Source: Desulfatiglandales bacterium (GTDB taxonomy: Bacteria > Desulfobacterota > DSM-4660 > Desulfatiglandales > Desulfatiglandaceae). From it: a DNA stretch of 64,000 nt. The stretch lies in NCBI GenBank assembly GCA_963662465.1, contig OY759599.1:5472001-5536000 (forward strand), in the 5' to 3' direction. A model generated the notes under the pieces. That model saw nothing but the letters and a program-made list of their open reading frames with translations. It was not told where the DNA came from and searched no databases. Positions 1-9,800 of the stretch are shown piece after piece (positions within the stretch are counted from its first letter, which is position 1; each line of letters begins with the position of its first letter). The translations under genes and the position numbers were made by a program.

Positions 1-33
1 CTATTTTTTATCCCGCCGCTTTCCAAGATGCGT

Positions 34-123
34 GCATCATCATACACCCCAACGTCACCCCAGATCGTGCAAGGCTGACAGATCAATTTTACACTATTTC
101 CTTATGAAATCAAACGGATGTTT
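34..123. repeat. ~90-bp dispersed direct repeat, copy 1 of 3
   Basis: Core gcatc..caccccaac..caaggctgacagatcaattttacactattt..atgaaatcaaacggatgttt aligns with 2556-2644 and, more loosely, 3265-3354. Confidence 0.85.
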
Positions 124-381
124 TATATAGGTAACCCTCTGTCAGGTAGCGGATGTCAACCGAAGAGGCGACCACAAGATGTGGATGCGTTGATTCGGCA
201 AATTAAATCATGCTCAGATGGGCTTTTGAGTTTTTATGTCAACTTTTTCGCTGCCCGATGTATTAGCAGGTATTGACGTTTCCTTCTTTTCATCTAAATG
301 GTGGTCAAATCACCCCATGTCCAACGAGTTAACACACTAATTGAGGGAGAATTAAAGTTTTTAATGAATTTGTTGCAGTCT

Positions 382-2037
382 TTATGATACCCGGCGCTTC
401 CGGATCATCAAGATAGCTACAGCAGCCATCATCAGCGACATGATAATCATGCCCCATTCGGAGAGCGTTGGGATTGGGTTTGGCCTTGACTGCACTTCCA
501 ATGCTCCGATATCACAAGCTAAACCCACAGGGCGCGGCATGCCGCGTTGATCAAGGTTTAGGCCTAAGCAATCAGCGACCCCGTCAATAGCCGGGCTTCC
601 CGGGACAAGCCCGATGGTAAGGGTGGGACCGCCGTTGTCCTGCAAACCGTTGGGATCAAGCATAGGGTCGGTGTTGTCGCCAGCCCCGAATCCGCAGCTT
701 CCGTCATCGCAAAGGTTGCTACCGAGATCGATGATAGTGCCGCTGCAAGTACCGCCGGCCACAATGGTATTCTGCATATTTGTGACGCCGCCGTCGTCGT
801 AAAGCCCGCCTCCCACACCGTTGGGCGCAGAATTGCCAGAAAAGGTACAATTAGTGAAATTCGTTGTTCCTGCGTTTCTTACGCCTCCTCCATTCAACCC
901 TGCCGTATTGTTGGCAAACGTGGAATTGATAACGTCTCCCACCGTGTTGGAGTTTATAAAATTGATGGCGCCACCGCCGCCGACTCCCGGATTATTATAG
1001 CCCGAAATGTTTCTGGAGAAGGTGCTGGCGGTGATTGTAAACAGGCTGCTCGTAAGAACGCCGCCTCCTGAAAATGTCGCGCGATTGGCGGAAAAGGTGC
1101 TGTCAGTGATATTCAATGTTCCGAAAGCACTAATACCCCCACCGCTAGTTCCTGAAATGTTACCGGAAATGGTGCTGTCAGTGATATTCAATGTTCCGAA
1201 AGCACTAATACCCCCACCGCTAGTTCCTGAAATGTTACCGGAAATGGTGCTGTCAGTGATATTCAATGTCCCGGAAAAAATACGAATACCCCCACCGCTA
1301 CTTCCTGAAGTGTTACCGGAAATGGTGCTGTCAGTGATATTCAATGTCCCGGAAATACAAATACCCCCACCGCTATTTTCTGAAGTGTTACCGGAAATGG
1401 TGCTGTCAGTGATATTCAATGTCCCGGAAAAAATACGAATACCCCCACCGCCAAAATTGGTTGTGTTATCTGAAATGGTGCTGTTGATAATAGTTACCGC
1501 ATTGCCGTCATTATAAATCCCACCGCCGCCATCGGCGTCATTACTATTGCGGGTAATAGTGGAATTGTTGATATTCAAATTACCCAGGTTAAAGATTCCA
1601 CCACCTTCTGCACCGGGATCCGATCCATTTCGAATGGTGACATTGTTCAAAGTCAGTTCACCGGAAGAGGCAATATGAAAAATTCTAAAAGAATCCCCCG
1701 AAGCAGGGTTTCGTTCGATTATACCGCCATTGCCGTTGACGGTAATACCAGTGGTGATATCGGGAAGCCCATTATTGCCGTCAATAGTATTGTTCGTAGC
1801 CGTAAGCGTGATAGTGCAGCCTGCGGTCAGGTTAATTACATCTGCCTCTGCATTGCCATTGGCAGCGTTGATCGCTGTTATAAGTTCTGCTGCCGTGCAG
1901 CCCGGGTTGAATTCGGCTGCCTGAGCTTGTAATACAATAAGGCCCATAAAAAACAATAGACTGAGTCCAATAACCGGGATTTTCTTTAGTACCCTTTTTC
2001 TTATGATTATAACATCCCCAGCTTCCAAATATTTCAT
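382..2037 (-). CDS. Secreted beta-helix surface protein (Pmp-like GGG/GGAI repeats, choice-of-anchor Q-like C-terminal domain) with IPTL-CTERM sorting signal
   Basis: Signal peptide ending AQA|AE; GGGI/FxxN repeats; LQDNGGPTLT..GSPAID..DQRG..R..CDIGALE; ends IPTLSEWGMII + TM + RKRR; RBS GGAGG upstream. Confidence 0.85.
   Translation of the reverse strand: MKYLEAGDVIIIRKRVLKKIPVIGLSLLFFMGLIVLQAQAAEFNPGCTAAELITAINAANGNAEADVINLTAGCTITLTATNNTIDGNNGLPDITTGITVNGNGGIIERNPASGDSFRIFHIASSGELTLNNVTIRNGSDPGAEGGGIFNLGNLNINNSTITRNSNDADGGGGIYNDGNAVTIINSTISDNTTNFGGGGIRIFSGTLNITDSTISGNTSENSGGGICISGTLNITDSTISGNTSGSSGGGIRIFSGTLNITDSTISGNISGTSGGGISAFGTLNITDSTISGNISGTSGGGISAFGTLNITDSTFSANRATFSGGGVLTSSLFTITASTFSRNISGYNNPGVGGGGAINFINSNTVGDVINSTFANNTAGLNGGGVRNAGTTNFTNCTFSGNSAPNGVGGGLYDDGGVTNMQNTIVAGGTCSGTIIDLGSNLCDDGSCGFGAGDNTDPMLDPNGLQDNGGPTLTIGLVPGSPAIDGVADCLGLNLDQRGMPRPVGLACDIGALEVQSRPNPIPTLSEWGMIIMSLMMAAVAILMIRKRRVS
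1096..1476 (-). repeat. Five tandem intragenic 75/78-bp repeats (GTLNITDSTISGN.S..SGGGI...)
   Basis: Units start at 1096, 1171, 1246, 1324 and 1399; the first two are identical. Confidence 0.95.
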
Positions 2038-2555
2038 CTTTTGACCCTCCTTTGTAGAATAATTATAAAAAAGCCTATGAGTGTAATAGATGATTTTATA
2101 TAGAGTTAGTAGTTAGCATCGCATAACGGAACATGTCAATGAAAATGAGACACATATTTCAAAAAGTTCCGGGCTTTTTGTTGCACTCGCATTCATGGAT
2201 GATGATACAGGGAAAGCAACGTCACATCATTTCGGTGATGTCAGCAGCTACCGCACAATTGAGAAATATTCCACCAAGGCTAAAGAGGTTTTAGCTGAAC
2301 ATCCGGAGTTAGCTCAATTGGGAAGCCTGATTGATAAGGCAACGGAGTTTGGTCAGAAAGCCTCAACAATGTTATCCAGGGAATGTTAACAAACTGACAG
2401 TACCAAAAGGATTTTGAGGGTTCAAGGTCTAGCAGTATGCTCTATCTATCCATAAGTGTAATCAGGCTTATGAAACCACATCGAACTTTCTTGCTGGCAC
2501 AACATATGGGGGTCGGTGAATTTACCGTCTATCCAGATGCTGGAAAGGACTTTCT

Positions 2556-2644
2556 GCATCAATCTTCACCCCAACACCACCAAAATCGTTCAAGGCTGGC
2601 AGATCAATCTTACACTATTTACCCATGAAATCAAACGGATGTTT
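2556..2644. repeat. ~90-bp dispersed direct repeat, copy 2 of 3
   Basis: gcatcaatcttcaccccaac..caaggctggcagatcaatcttacactatttacccatgaaatcaaacggatgttt. Confidence 0.85.
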
Positions 2645-2649
2645 CTGTG

Positions 2650-3132
2650 TTAACCTACAACCAACACTAAATCTAATTCCTCCTCTTTCTTCCTTAGCCT
2701 TTTTATGAGGATATGAAGTAGATTATAATATATTTTCTTGCCGATAAGATCATTAGCCATGATCTGGTGAAACTCATTTTCCGGAATCTTGAGGACTTCA
2801 CCAGACTGGACTCCAATAACCGATGCCGATGCCGTGGTTTTCTCAATGAGAGAATACTCACCGAAACAGTCACCTTCGTTCAATGTGTTTAGTTTAATCT
2901 CTGATGCTCTATGTTCTTTCCTGCCTTCAAGCTGTTCTGGAAGAAGAATCCTAAGCTGTCCCTTGATTAGAATATAGAGGGCGGATGGTCTCTGTCCTAT
3001 TTCTATCAAGGCTTCTCCTTTCTCAAAACTTATTCTTTGGCAATACTTGGAAATTATTTTCAGCTCAGCTTTTGCTAAACCATCAAATACTTTCACGTTC
3101 GACAAGATACCAGCTATTTTGCTATCGAACAT
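2650..3132 (-). CDS. Stand-alone cyclic nucleotide-binding domain protein
   Basis: F..GE.LI..G....LYILIKG, L..GDCFGEYSLI..T.SASV cNMP-binding signature; no HTH. Confidence 0.85.
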   Translation of the reverse strand: MFDSKIAGILSNVKVFDGLAKAELKIISKYCQRISFEKGEALIEIGQRPSALYILIKGQLRILLPEQLEGRKEHRASEIKLNTLNEGDCFGEYSLIEKTTASASVIGVQSGEVLKIPENEFHQIMANDLIGKKIYYNLLHILIKRLRKKEEELDLVLVVG

Positions 3133-3264
3133 AAGTTCCCCTGATTTTGGAGGTTGAAGTTGGAGAGAACCACAGATAATGCCGACAATTTTTTCTTTAG
3201 AATTTACAAATGAAATAATAGTCAGGCTTTCTTTTGTATCTGGCAGTACCCTAATGTGAGACTA

Positions 3265-3354
3265 GCATGATCCTTCACGTCAAGTCGGCCAAGATTGTGC
3301 AAGGCTGACAGGTTAATTATTCACTATCTTTTCCGTAAAATCAAGGAAATATTT
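3265..3354. repeat. ~90-bp dispersed direct repeat, copy 3 of 3 (most diverged)
   Basis: gcatgatccttcac..gtgcaaggctgacaggttaattattcactat..aaatcaaggaaatattt. Confidence 0.7.
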
Positions 3355-3660
3355 CATATGAGAAATGTGGGTGCTGTGAATGCCGTTACTCATAGGAAAG
3401 GGCAGTCAAAAGATGCTATGGGAAAGACTTTATGGATGCGTCGCTTAACTGAATCTTATGTCTAAAAAACTGTATTATTGACAATTACTGCATTATGTTT
3501 TTGAAAACTATTTTTCCAACTGTATTTCCAACCTACAGGTTAAATTTAGAGCAACATTTTGGTATAGTCAAGTATAAAGAAAACTCTCCATAGCAAAGTA
3601 TACAGCAATATTTTAGTAGTCTGGGTAACAACTGGGAAATTCTAGGAAATGATACTGCCT

Positions 3661-3707
3661 GGCCTCTCACGCCGGCGACACGGGTTCGATTCCCGTTGGG
3701 ACTGCCA
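3661..3707 (+). mobile_element. Displaced 3' half of tRNA-Glu(CTC), probable att site closing a genomic island that lies to the left
   Basis: ggc-ctCTCac-gcc anticodon arm, T-arm GGTTCGATTCC and TGGGACTGCCA end; upstream DNA has no 5' acceptor strand or D-arm. Confidence 0.85.
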
Positions 3708-3881
3708 CAACACCTTCCTGTAAATTCCTAATTCAGTCGAATTTTTTGGCGGTGTATCAGTAACGATTAGCGACATATCACGTAAAATTTACGGTGTTCA
3801 ACAGGCCTTTTTCCCGATGAACAGGAGGCGGGCATGGCTACAGTGTGATCCGTTCTCATGATGGGTGTGATAGGGATATCG

Positions 3882-3913
3882 AAACCGGTTCCAGAAATGA
3901 GCCGGTTTTTTTT
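3882..3913 (+). terminator. Hairpin / possible intrinsic terminator
   Basis: AAACCGGTTC-N7-GAGCCGGTTT followed by a T run. Confidence 0.5.
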
Positions 3914-4033
3914 GTGGGTTGCACTGGCCCCCCCCATGACGTTCGTGGAAGATGCGACCGTCCGAGATAGTTAGGACAGGCCATTGATGACGCTCTGGAG
4001 CAGACCGGGGAGGCAGGGAAGGCGGAAGAGAGC

Positions 4034-4315
4034 CTACAGAAGCTTAACCAGGGTGGCCACAATGGCGATGGAGGCGGCAAGCATGACGCCAAGACGAGTG
4101 GTAAGACGCATTCCAAGCTCTTTCATGTCGCGTTTTAAGGATACTTCAAGCTCCTTTATGCCTCTCTGCAGCAATGCCATATCTTATTTTGTGGCAAGGC
4201 GGTTTTCCACAAGCTCACTGATGATTTTTGTCTGTTCGGCAGCCTGCTCTTCAGTGAAACCGACTGCTCTTAATCTTTTGACATTCTCAAATGTATCGAA
4301 CGTAAGTGTACCCAT
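4034..4315 (-). pseudogene. DUF1640/CCDC90-like coiled-coil membrane protein with an in-frame TAA at 4184-4186
   Basis: MGTLTFDT..VKRLRAVGFTEEQA..LATK*DMALL..LVKLL*; the frame continues past the stop to a C-terminal TM segment. Confidence 0.85.
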
Positions 4316-4410
4316 GATGAACCCCTTTCTTGAATGAACATGACAAATTCTACCATGGGAGGAGACCATGGACAACTTTTATTTGTCGGGAACATGGCGG
4401 CTTTTTTGTG

Positions 4411-5988
4411 TCAAGTTTTCTCATCCGTCGGCATTTTCAACGAGGGCGATCCCTGGTGGTCTTTGCCAAGATGGAAGTTGATCCACGAGGAGGTTCGGTC
4501 CAGTTCCCAATTGCGGGGCGGAATGAATCCCTGATAAATTTTATCGGGTCGGCCAATGGCGGTCCACCGCCTGTAAGCCCTGAACCACACACAATGACGG
4601 TCCGGATGCACTTCACAACGGCTTTCCCGGCTACCGCCGCAGGGACCGTTTCGGGTATGTTTGGGGCATTGGGATTCGGGACAGAAAAATGCCAGATGTT
4701 GAAGGCCGCAATCCCCACACTCCCGGCATGAGAAAAGCATCTTTTTGGAAATATCCTCCAGGGTTTTGGTGAAAAGATATCCAAAAGGGCGTTTTTCGAG
4801 TCTGCGGCAGAGATTCCGATATAGGGGGGCAAAGAGCGCATCATGGCTGAAAAAGGTGTGGTGAACCTCCCGATACACACCAAACAAAACCTTCTCCCCC
4901 GGGGATATTTTGCTCATGGCGGAATTCATTTCTTTTGCACAGAGGCCGGTTTCCGGATCTCGGGCATAAAGGTAAAATCCGTTTTTTTGGGGAAAATCAA
5001 ATTCCGGTACAAAGTCCCGCCATTGCTCCTCAATCTGGGCCATGCGATCCAGAATCTGCGCCAGCGTGTCAAATTTATGGTTGATGCCGCCGAAATGCAC
5101 ACCCTTGTATCCCAGGCCTTTGAGCACCACCGCCAGTCGCGCCGACCGCTCAACGGCCGCTGAATGGCCCCTTTTTTTATCCTGCCACTCCTCCTGAACC
5201 CTTTTTAGCAGTTCCGGGGTCACCACAACTCCCGGCACCCGCCCCTTTGCCATGATTTTTGCCGCCCCGGGCGTCAGAACATACACTGACCCCAGGGTTG
5301 GGATTTGGATGCCCCACTCTCGTTGGATACACAGCAATTCATGAAATTTACGAACATCATAACCCAGTTGTGTGATGATGAAACGGGCCGAAGCCGATAC
5401 CTTTTTCCGCATTTTGGCGTATTGGCAAAACCCTTCTCCCCGGGTCTGCTTGAAGGGGGAAACCGCGCATCCCACAAAAAAATTTTCCTGATCATCCGGG
5501 GCCAATGTGCCTTCACCCATCATTTTCAGCATGACGAGGAGACTGACCGCATCCAGATCAAACACCGGCGCGCCTTTTCCGGCGAACCCTTCCCCTGAGA
5601 AATCACCGGTCAGCGCCAGGATATTGCGAATCCCCATATGCCCCAGCTGAAGGGCGCGGCTCTCAAGTCCCACCCGGTTCTGATCCCGGCAGGTGAAGTG
5701 GACAATCACATCCAGCCCTTTTCTGATGATGTCCGTTCCCAGAACGTCAGGACTCAGGGACGGATGCCCGCCGGGATTATCCGTAATGCTCACCGCTGAA
5801 ATCCTGCCGTCCGAAAGGGCCGCCTCCGCAATGGCCATCACCATATCCACGGCGCGACCGCTGGACTGTTCTCCCGGAACCAGTTCCAGGGTCATCACAA
5901 AGGATTCCGGCTTTAAAATATCCTTTCGAAATGTCCGTTCAGGCCTTTTTATCATGGAACCTCCGGATTCGTTATTCGTCTTTTTCAT
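4411..5988 (-). CDS. Methylenetetrahydrofolate reductase (MetF-like) with C-terminal Cys-rich MTHFR_C/MetV-like domain; start may be ~5955
   Basis: SITDNPGG, HFTCRDQNR, NILALTGD, FIITQ; CRECGDC..CPESQCPK..RNGPCGG..CEV. Confidence 0.85.
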   Translation of the reverse strand: MKKTNNESGGSMIKRPERTFRKDILKPESFVMTLELVPGEQSSGRAVDMVMAIAEAALSDGRISAVSITDNPGGHPSLSPDVLGTDIIRKGLDVIVHFTCRDQNRVGLESRALQLGHMGIRNILALTGDFSGEGFAGKGAPVFDLDAVSLLVMLKMMGEGTLAPDDQENFFVGCAVSPFKQTRGEGFCQYAKMRKKVSASARFIITQLGYDVRKFHELLCIQREWGIQIPTLGSVYVLTPGAAKIMAKGRVPGVVVTPELLKRVQEEWQDKKRGHSAAVERSARLAVVLKGLGYKGVHFGGINHKFDTLAQILDRMAQIEEQWRDFVPEFDFPQKNGFYLYARDPETGLCAKEMNSAMSKISPGEKVLFGVYREVHHTFFSHDALFAPLYRNLCRRLEKRPFGYLFTKTLEDISKKMLFSCRECGDCGLQHLAFFCPESQCPKHTRNGPCGGSRESRCEVHPDRHCVWFRAYRRWTAIGRPDKIYQGFIPPRNWELDRTSSWINFHLGKDHQGSPSLKMPTDEKT

Positions 5989-6823
5989 TCGATGCCTGAA
6001 TCATCACCGGTCGACCGATGAGTTCCGAAAGGGGAAGGACCATCATGCTCCGGTCCTGGATGCCTTGCAGTATCCCGTCAATTTCCGTCAACCACCCCGA
6101 TAGGCTTCCCCGGCCTTTCGGCATCACATCATGAAGTACAATGATATCATCATTTCGCAACTGCTTCAACACCCGCCTTGAAAGCCCCTCGAGCCTTCTG
6201 TTTCCCACATCCATCCCGCGACAGCTGAAATTGATGTTGACCATCCCCAGATCCTGCAGCACTCCCCACAGCTTTGGATTGGTGATGCCCACGGGGGGCC
6301 GAAAGGCCAAAGTTCTGATGCCGAATCGGGCCAGGACCTCTTGGGCGGCGTTGATTTCCTGAAACAGACGCTTCCGGCTCTTGAGCATCAGAAGGTTGTC
6401 GTGGCTGTAGGAATGGTTTCCCAGCAAATGGCCATGACTTAAAATTTTTTGGATTAATTGTGGATGAGCGGCCGCTTTTTTCCCAACCACAAAAAAAGTC
6501 GCCTTGACCCCGTGCTTTTCAAGAAGGGCCAGCAGCGGTTTGGTTGAAAAAGGGTCCGGACCGTCGTCAAAGGTGATGGAGACACCCCTTTGACCCGAAT
6601 TTCCGCAGCTGATAATGGGGAGAAAAAAACCGAATCGCGGCAGAAAAGGTGCGACCATGCAGACCGCCACGAACAGAAGCAGCGGAATAATTGCCGGGAA
6701 CACATCAAAAAAGGCCAGGGTCAAAGCTAAAAAATAGCATGCAAATCCAAATACCTGCGCATGGGAAAGAGAATTGGGGGGCTTGGGATTGCCCTTTGAC
6801 ATCCGACATTCCTTTTTCGACAT
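5972..6823 (-). CDS. Membrane-anchored polysaccharide deacetylase (NodB/CE4); start may be 6802
   Basis: TFDDGP, ATFFVVG, GNHSYSH, FRPPVG, IVLHD motifs; N-terminal TM segments. Confidence 0.9.
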   Translation of the reverse strand: MSKKECRMSKGNPKPPNSLSHAQVFGFACYFLALTLAFFDVFPAIIPLLLFVAVCMVAPFLPRFGFFLPIISCGNSGQRGVSITFDDGPDPFSTKPLLALLEKHGVKATFFVVGKKAAAHPQLIQKILSHGHLLGNHSYSHDNLLMLKSRKRLFQEINAAQEVLARFGIRTLAFRPPVGITNPKLWGVLQDLGMVNINFSCRGMDVGNRRLEGLSRRVLKQLRNDDIIVLHDVMPKGRGSLSGWLTEIDGILQGIQDRSMMVLPLSELIGRPVMIQASNEKDE

Positions 6824-6848
6824 TCGATATTTTCTTAAAAGTTCAGCA

Positions 6849-9800
6849 TCAACATTTTTCAGCCATCATCCAAACGGAATCCCCGTTTGACCCGGAAAGT
6901 CTTTTGATGTTCACCTGAAAACCCTCGTTTTCGATCATTTCCACCATCTTGCCGGGGGATCTGTAATAGAGGGGCGTCTTTGAAAGCATGGATTTAAAAT
7001 CTTCCACTTTCCATAACCAGGACCGATGTCCGGTCTGAATCGCCGCCCGAATCAAAAGCAATCCGCCATGGGCAAGGTTCAGGTGCAACCCCTTGAGGGT
7101 ATGGGCCAACGCATCATCGGTTAAATAGTGGATCATGTCCAGCATCACGGCCACATCCGCCGGTTCCGGCATGGCCGGAACATGGGGCGCCGCATCCTGT
7201 TTTACCAGGCCTCTGTTTCCCAACGCCCTGGATGCCACCCGAACCCTTTCACCGTCAGGATCGATGCCGAAAATGCTTGCCTCCGGAAATCGTTCCAGAA
7301 GCCAGCAGGCGGGAACCCCGTATCCCGTACCGATATCCATCATAATTTTCAGGTCCGGGGTGGCGTCAAAAAACCGGGGAAGTTCTTTAAACATGGGGTC
7401 CAGCATCATTTTAAACCGTACAAAACATCTTGGATAGGCCTCCATGTTGCGATATCGGGTAAGAATGGCCCGACGGGGGGAAGAATGCGCTTTTTTGTTT
7501 TTTTTCGGATGGCGAAGCATGAATCCGATGAGCGGCGGCAAAATGACAAAGGCGCCCATCAGGGAATAGGCAATCCCCAGCAATGACGTCAATCCCGCAC
7601 TTTTCAGAAGGGCGTGGTCGGCAAAACATAACACCCCGAAACCGATGAGGGTGGAGGTTGATCCCATGAAAATGGTCATTTTAATCAACCCAAAAGAAGG
7701 GTGATCCTCATGTCCATACCGTTGGTAGGCTCTCACCATAAAAAGTGAATAGTCAATCCCCATGCCGATGACCACGATGGAAAGCATCAATCCGGGAATA
7801 TCCAGGGGATGGCCCATGAGATTCAGGGTCCCCAGGGTGCAGATTAGTGCAAACAAAACCGGTATCAGCGCAATCAGCACCCATCGCCAGTCCAGAAAGA
7901 AAAGAAAAAGCAAAACAACAACGCTTAAGCCGATGATCCATAACATGTTTAAAAAGGTTGAAAATAAAAGTCCTCCCAGTCTTTGGGCAAAAAAAGTCGG
8001 ATCAAATATTTTCCCCAAAGCCCCATATCGCTCGTAAAATGCCGGAGGGTCGTAGGCCTTGCCCGGTTTCAGGTTTGAGACCTGGACCCATTTGTCGGCT
8101 TCCGGTTTACGGGTAATGCTCAGCAAATCATAAAATTCCGGAGGAATTTCAGTGCCTTCGATGTGATAACCCTGATTGGCAAGGGTTCCCAAAAAAGGTG
8201 CGAAAGCCTCCCCGCTAAACCCCGTGCTTGCGGAAGCCCGCTTCAGATCTTCTTCTAATCGCGCCACCCGCTCCCCGTGCCAGAAAGACCGCCATGCCGA
8301 GAGATTTTCCCCTGCCTTTTTTTTCCCCGGAAAAACCATTGTCGGCATAAATCCGGAAATCAGCACGTCTGAGCGCAGGTCCTGATAAAGCATCGGCAAC
8401 AGGTTGTCCCCCTTTGCCTGAAGATCCGCAACACTCTGGCCTTCCGTCATCAGGAAAATGTTCTCGAAAATGCCTTTTCCCCAGACACGGGCGACCGTTT
8501 TTTCGGCGGCGAGAGTTTCTTCACTGACGGTATTCATGGCGTGGAGGCTCACGAGAAATTCGGGCCGGGCAAAAAAAGCCATGAAAACAGCCAAAACAAT
8601 TGCCCCCAAGGCCCCTTTCCAGGCGAAACCTGTCAGCTTTTCCACGCCTTTCCGGAGCGGTAACGACCTGGGTGAAGCCGGTGGCATAGCGGGAAAGATC
8701 AGCGGGAAAACCAAATGAACGAACAGAAATGAGAAGGCAACGCCCAGGGCCGTAAACCGGCCCAGCTGCTGAAAAATGGGAAAATCACAAAAGGTCAGCG
8801 CGCCGAAAGCCCCCATGGTGGTGAGTGCCGCCACCAGGCCCACGGACCATATTTCCCGGGCAGCCGCTTTTCCCCGGGTGGGCAGGGGACGGTCCAAAAA
8901 GAGCAGAAATGCGATGCCGTGGTCCACGGTTATGGCAATGATGGCCCCTCCGAAGCCGAGGGCCATGATGGAGATGGATCGGTCCAGAAGCGCCAGGACA
9001 AACAAGGCTCCCACGGAACCGGCCAACGCCGGCAGAAAAGCAAAAAGTCCTAACAGAGGTCTCGGAAAAGCAAAGACAAGCAACAAGGCAATGCCGATGC
9101 CGGCCATCAGAATCGCTCTTTGGCTGTCCTTTTTGGCAATGGTTTCATTGTCAAGCGCCGCCCTGTAGGCCCCCATGGGCGTCAGGACAACGGGATTTTT
9201 CGATTCGCCGAATTTGTCGACCAGTTCCCGGCTTGTGGCTGCAAAAAGCGCGGCCAGTTTTCGCGCCAATGCGGTATCCGTTCCTGAGCCCAGGGGCGTG
9301 GCAATCAAAAGGAGGTGTTTGCCGTCGGAAGAAATAAGTTGCCCGCCGTGAAATCGAATTTCCTTTGACGGCGCCAGCGTAGACAACCGGGCCAGAACCA
9401 TATTGGCCAGATCCAGAGGGTCTTTAGAAATGCTTGCCGAGCGTCCGATGCCGTCCAGATTCAGCAGACGATGGTAATGATCCCGCATCTTCATGTCGAT
9501 CTTTTCAAAGGTTAGCAACGGCGCCACGTTTTCCCGCAACTCTTTTTCATCAAACAGGGTCGGCAGGTGATTTAACACATGGTTCATGAGGTCCGGCATC
9601 ACCGCTGCAAAATCTTTTACGCCCACCTGTTTGAACATGTCGCTTTGCACCAGCTTTTGTTCTACAAAGCGACCCGCCGCCAATAGACGCACCATGTCCT
9701 TCTCTTGAAGGCCCACATCGATAATCAGGCGGTCCTGGATGGAATGATGTTTGAAAACGTCCCCGGCATCGGAGATCACCGGATCATTTTGCGGCAGATA

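Noticed and set aside
1096..1476. Possible CRISPR array
   Set aside because: The units are in-frame coding repeats without unique spacers, and there are no cas genes
2195..2389. 64-aa ORF, perhaps a C-terminal remnant of a flavodoxin-like gene
   Set aside because: No RBS and no diagnostic motif, so it cannot be supported
2650..3132. cNMP-binding protein as the effector of the CHASE2 cyclase
   Set aside because: It lies 51 kb away in a different island, with no evidence of linkage
3661..3707. Intact tRNA-Glu
   Set aside because: The 5' acceptor strand and D-arm are absent
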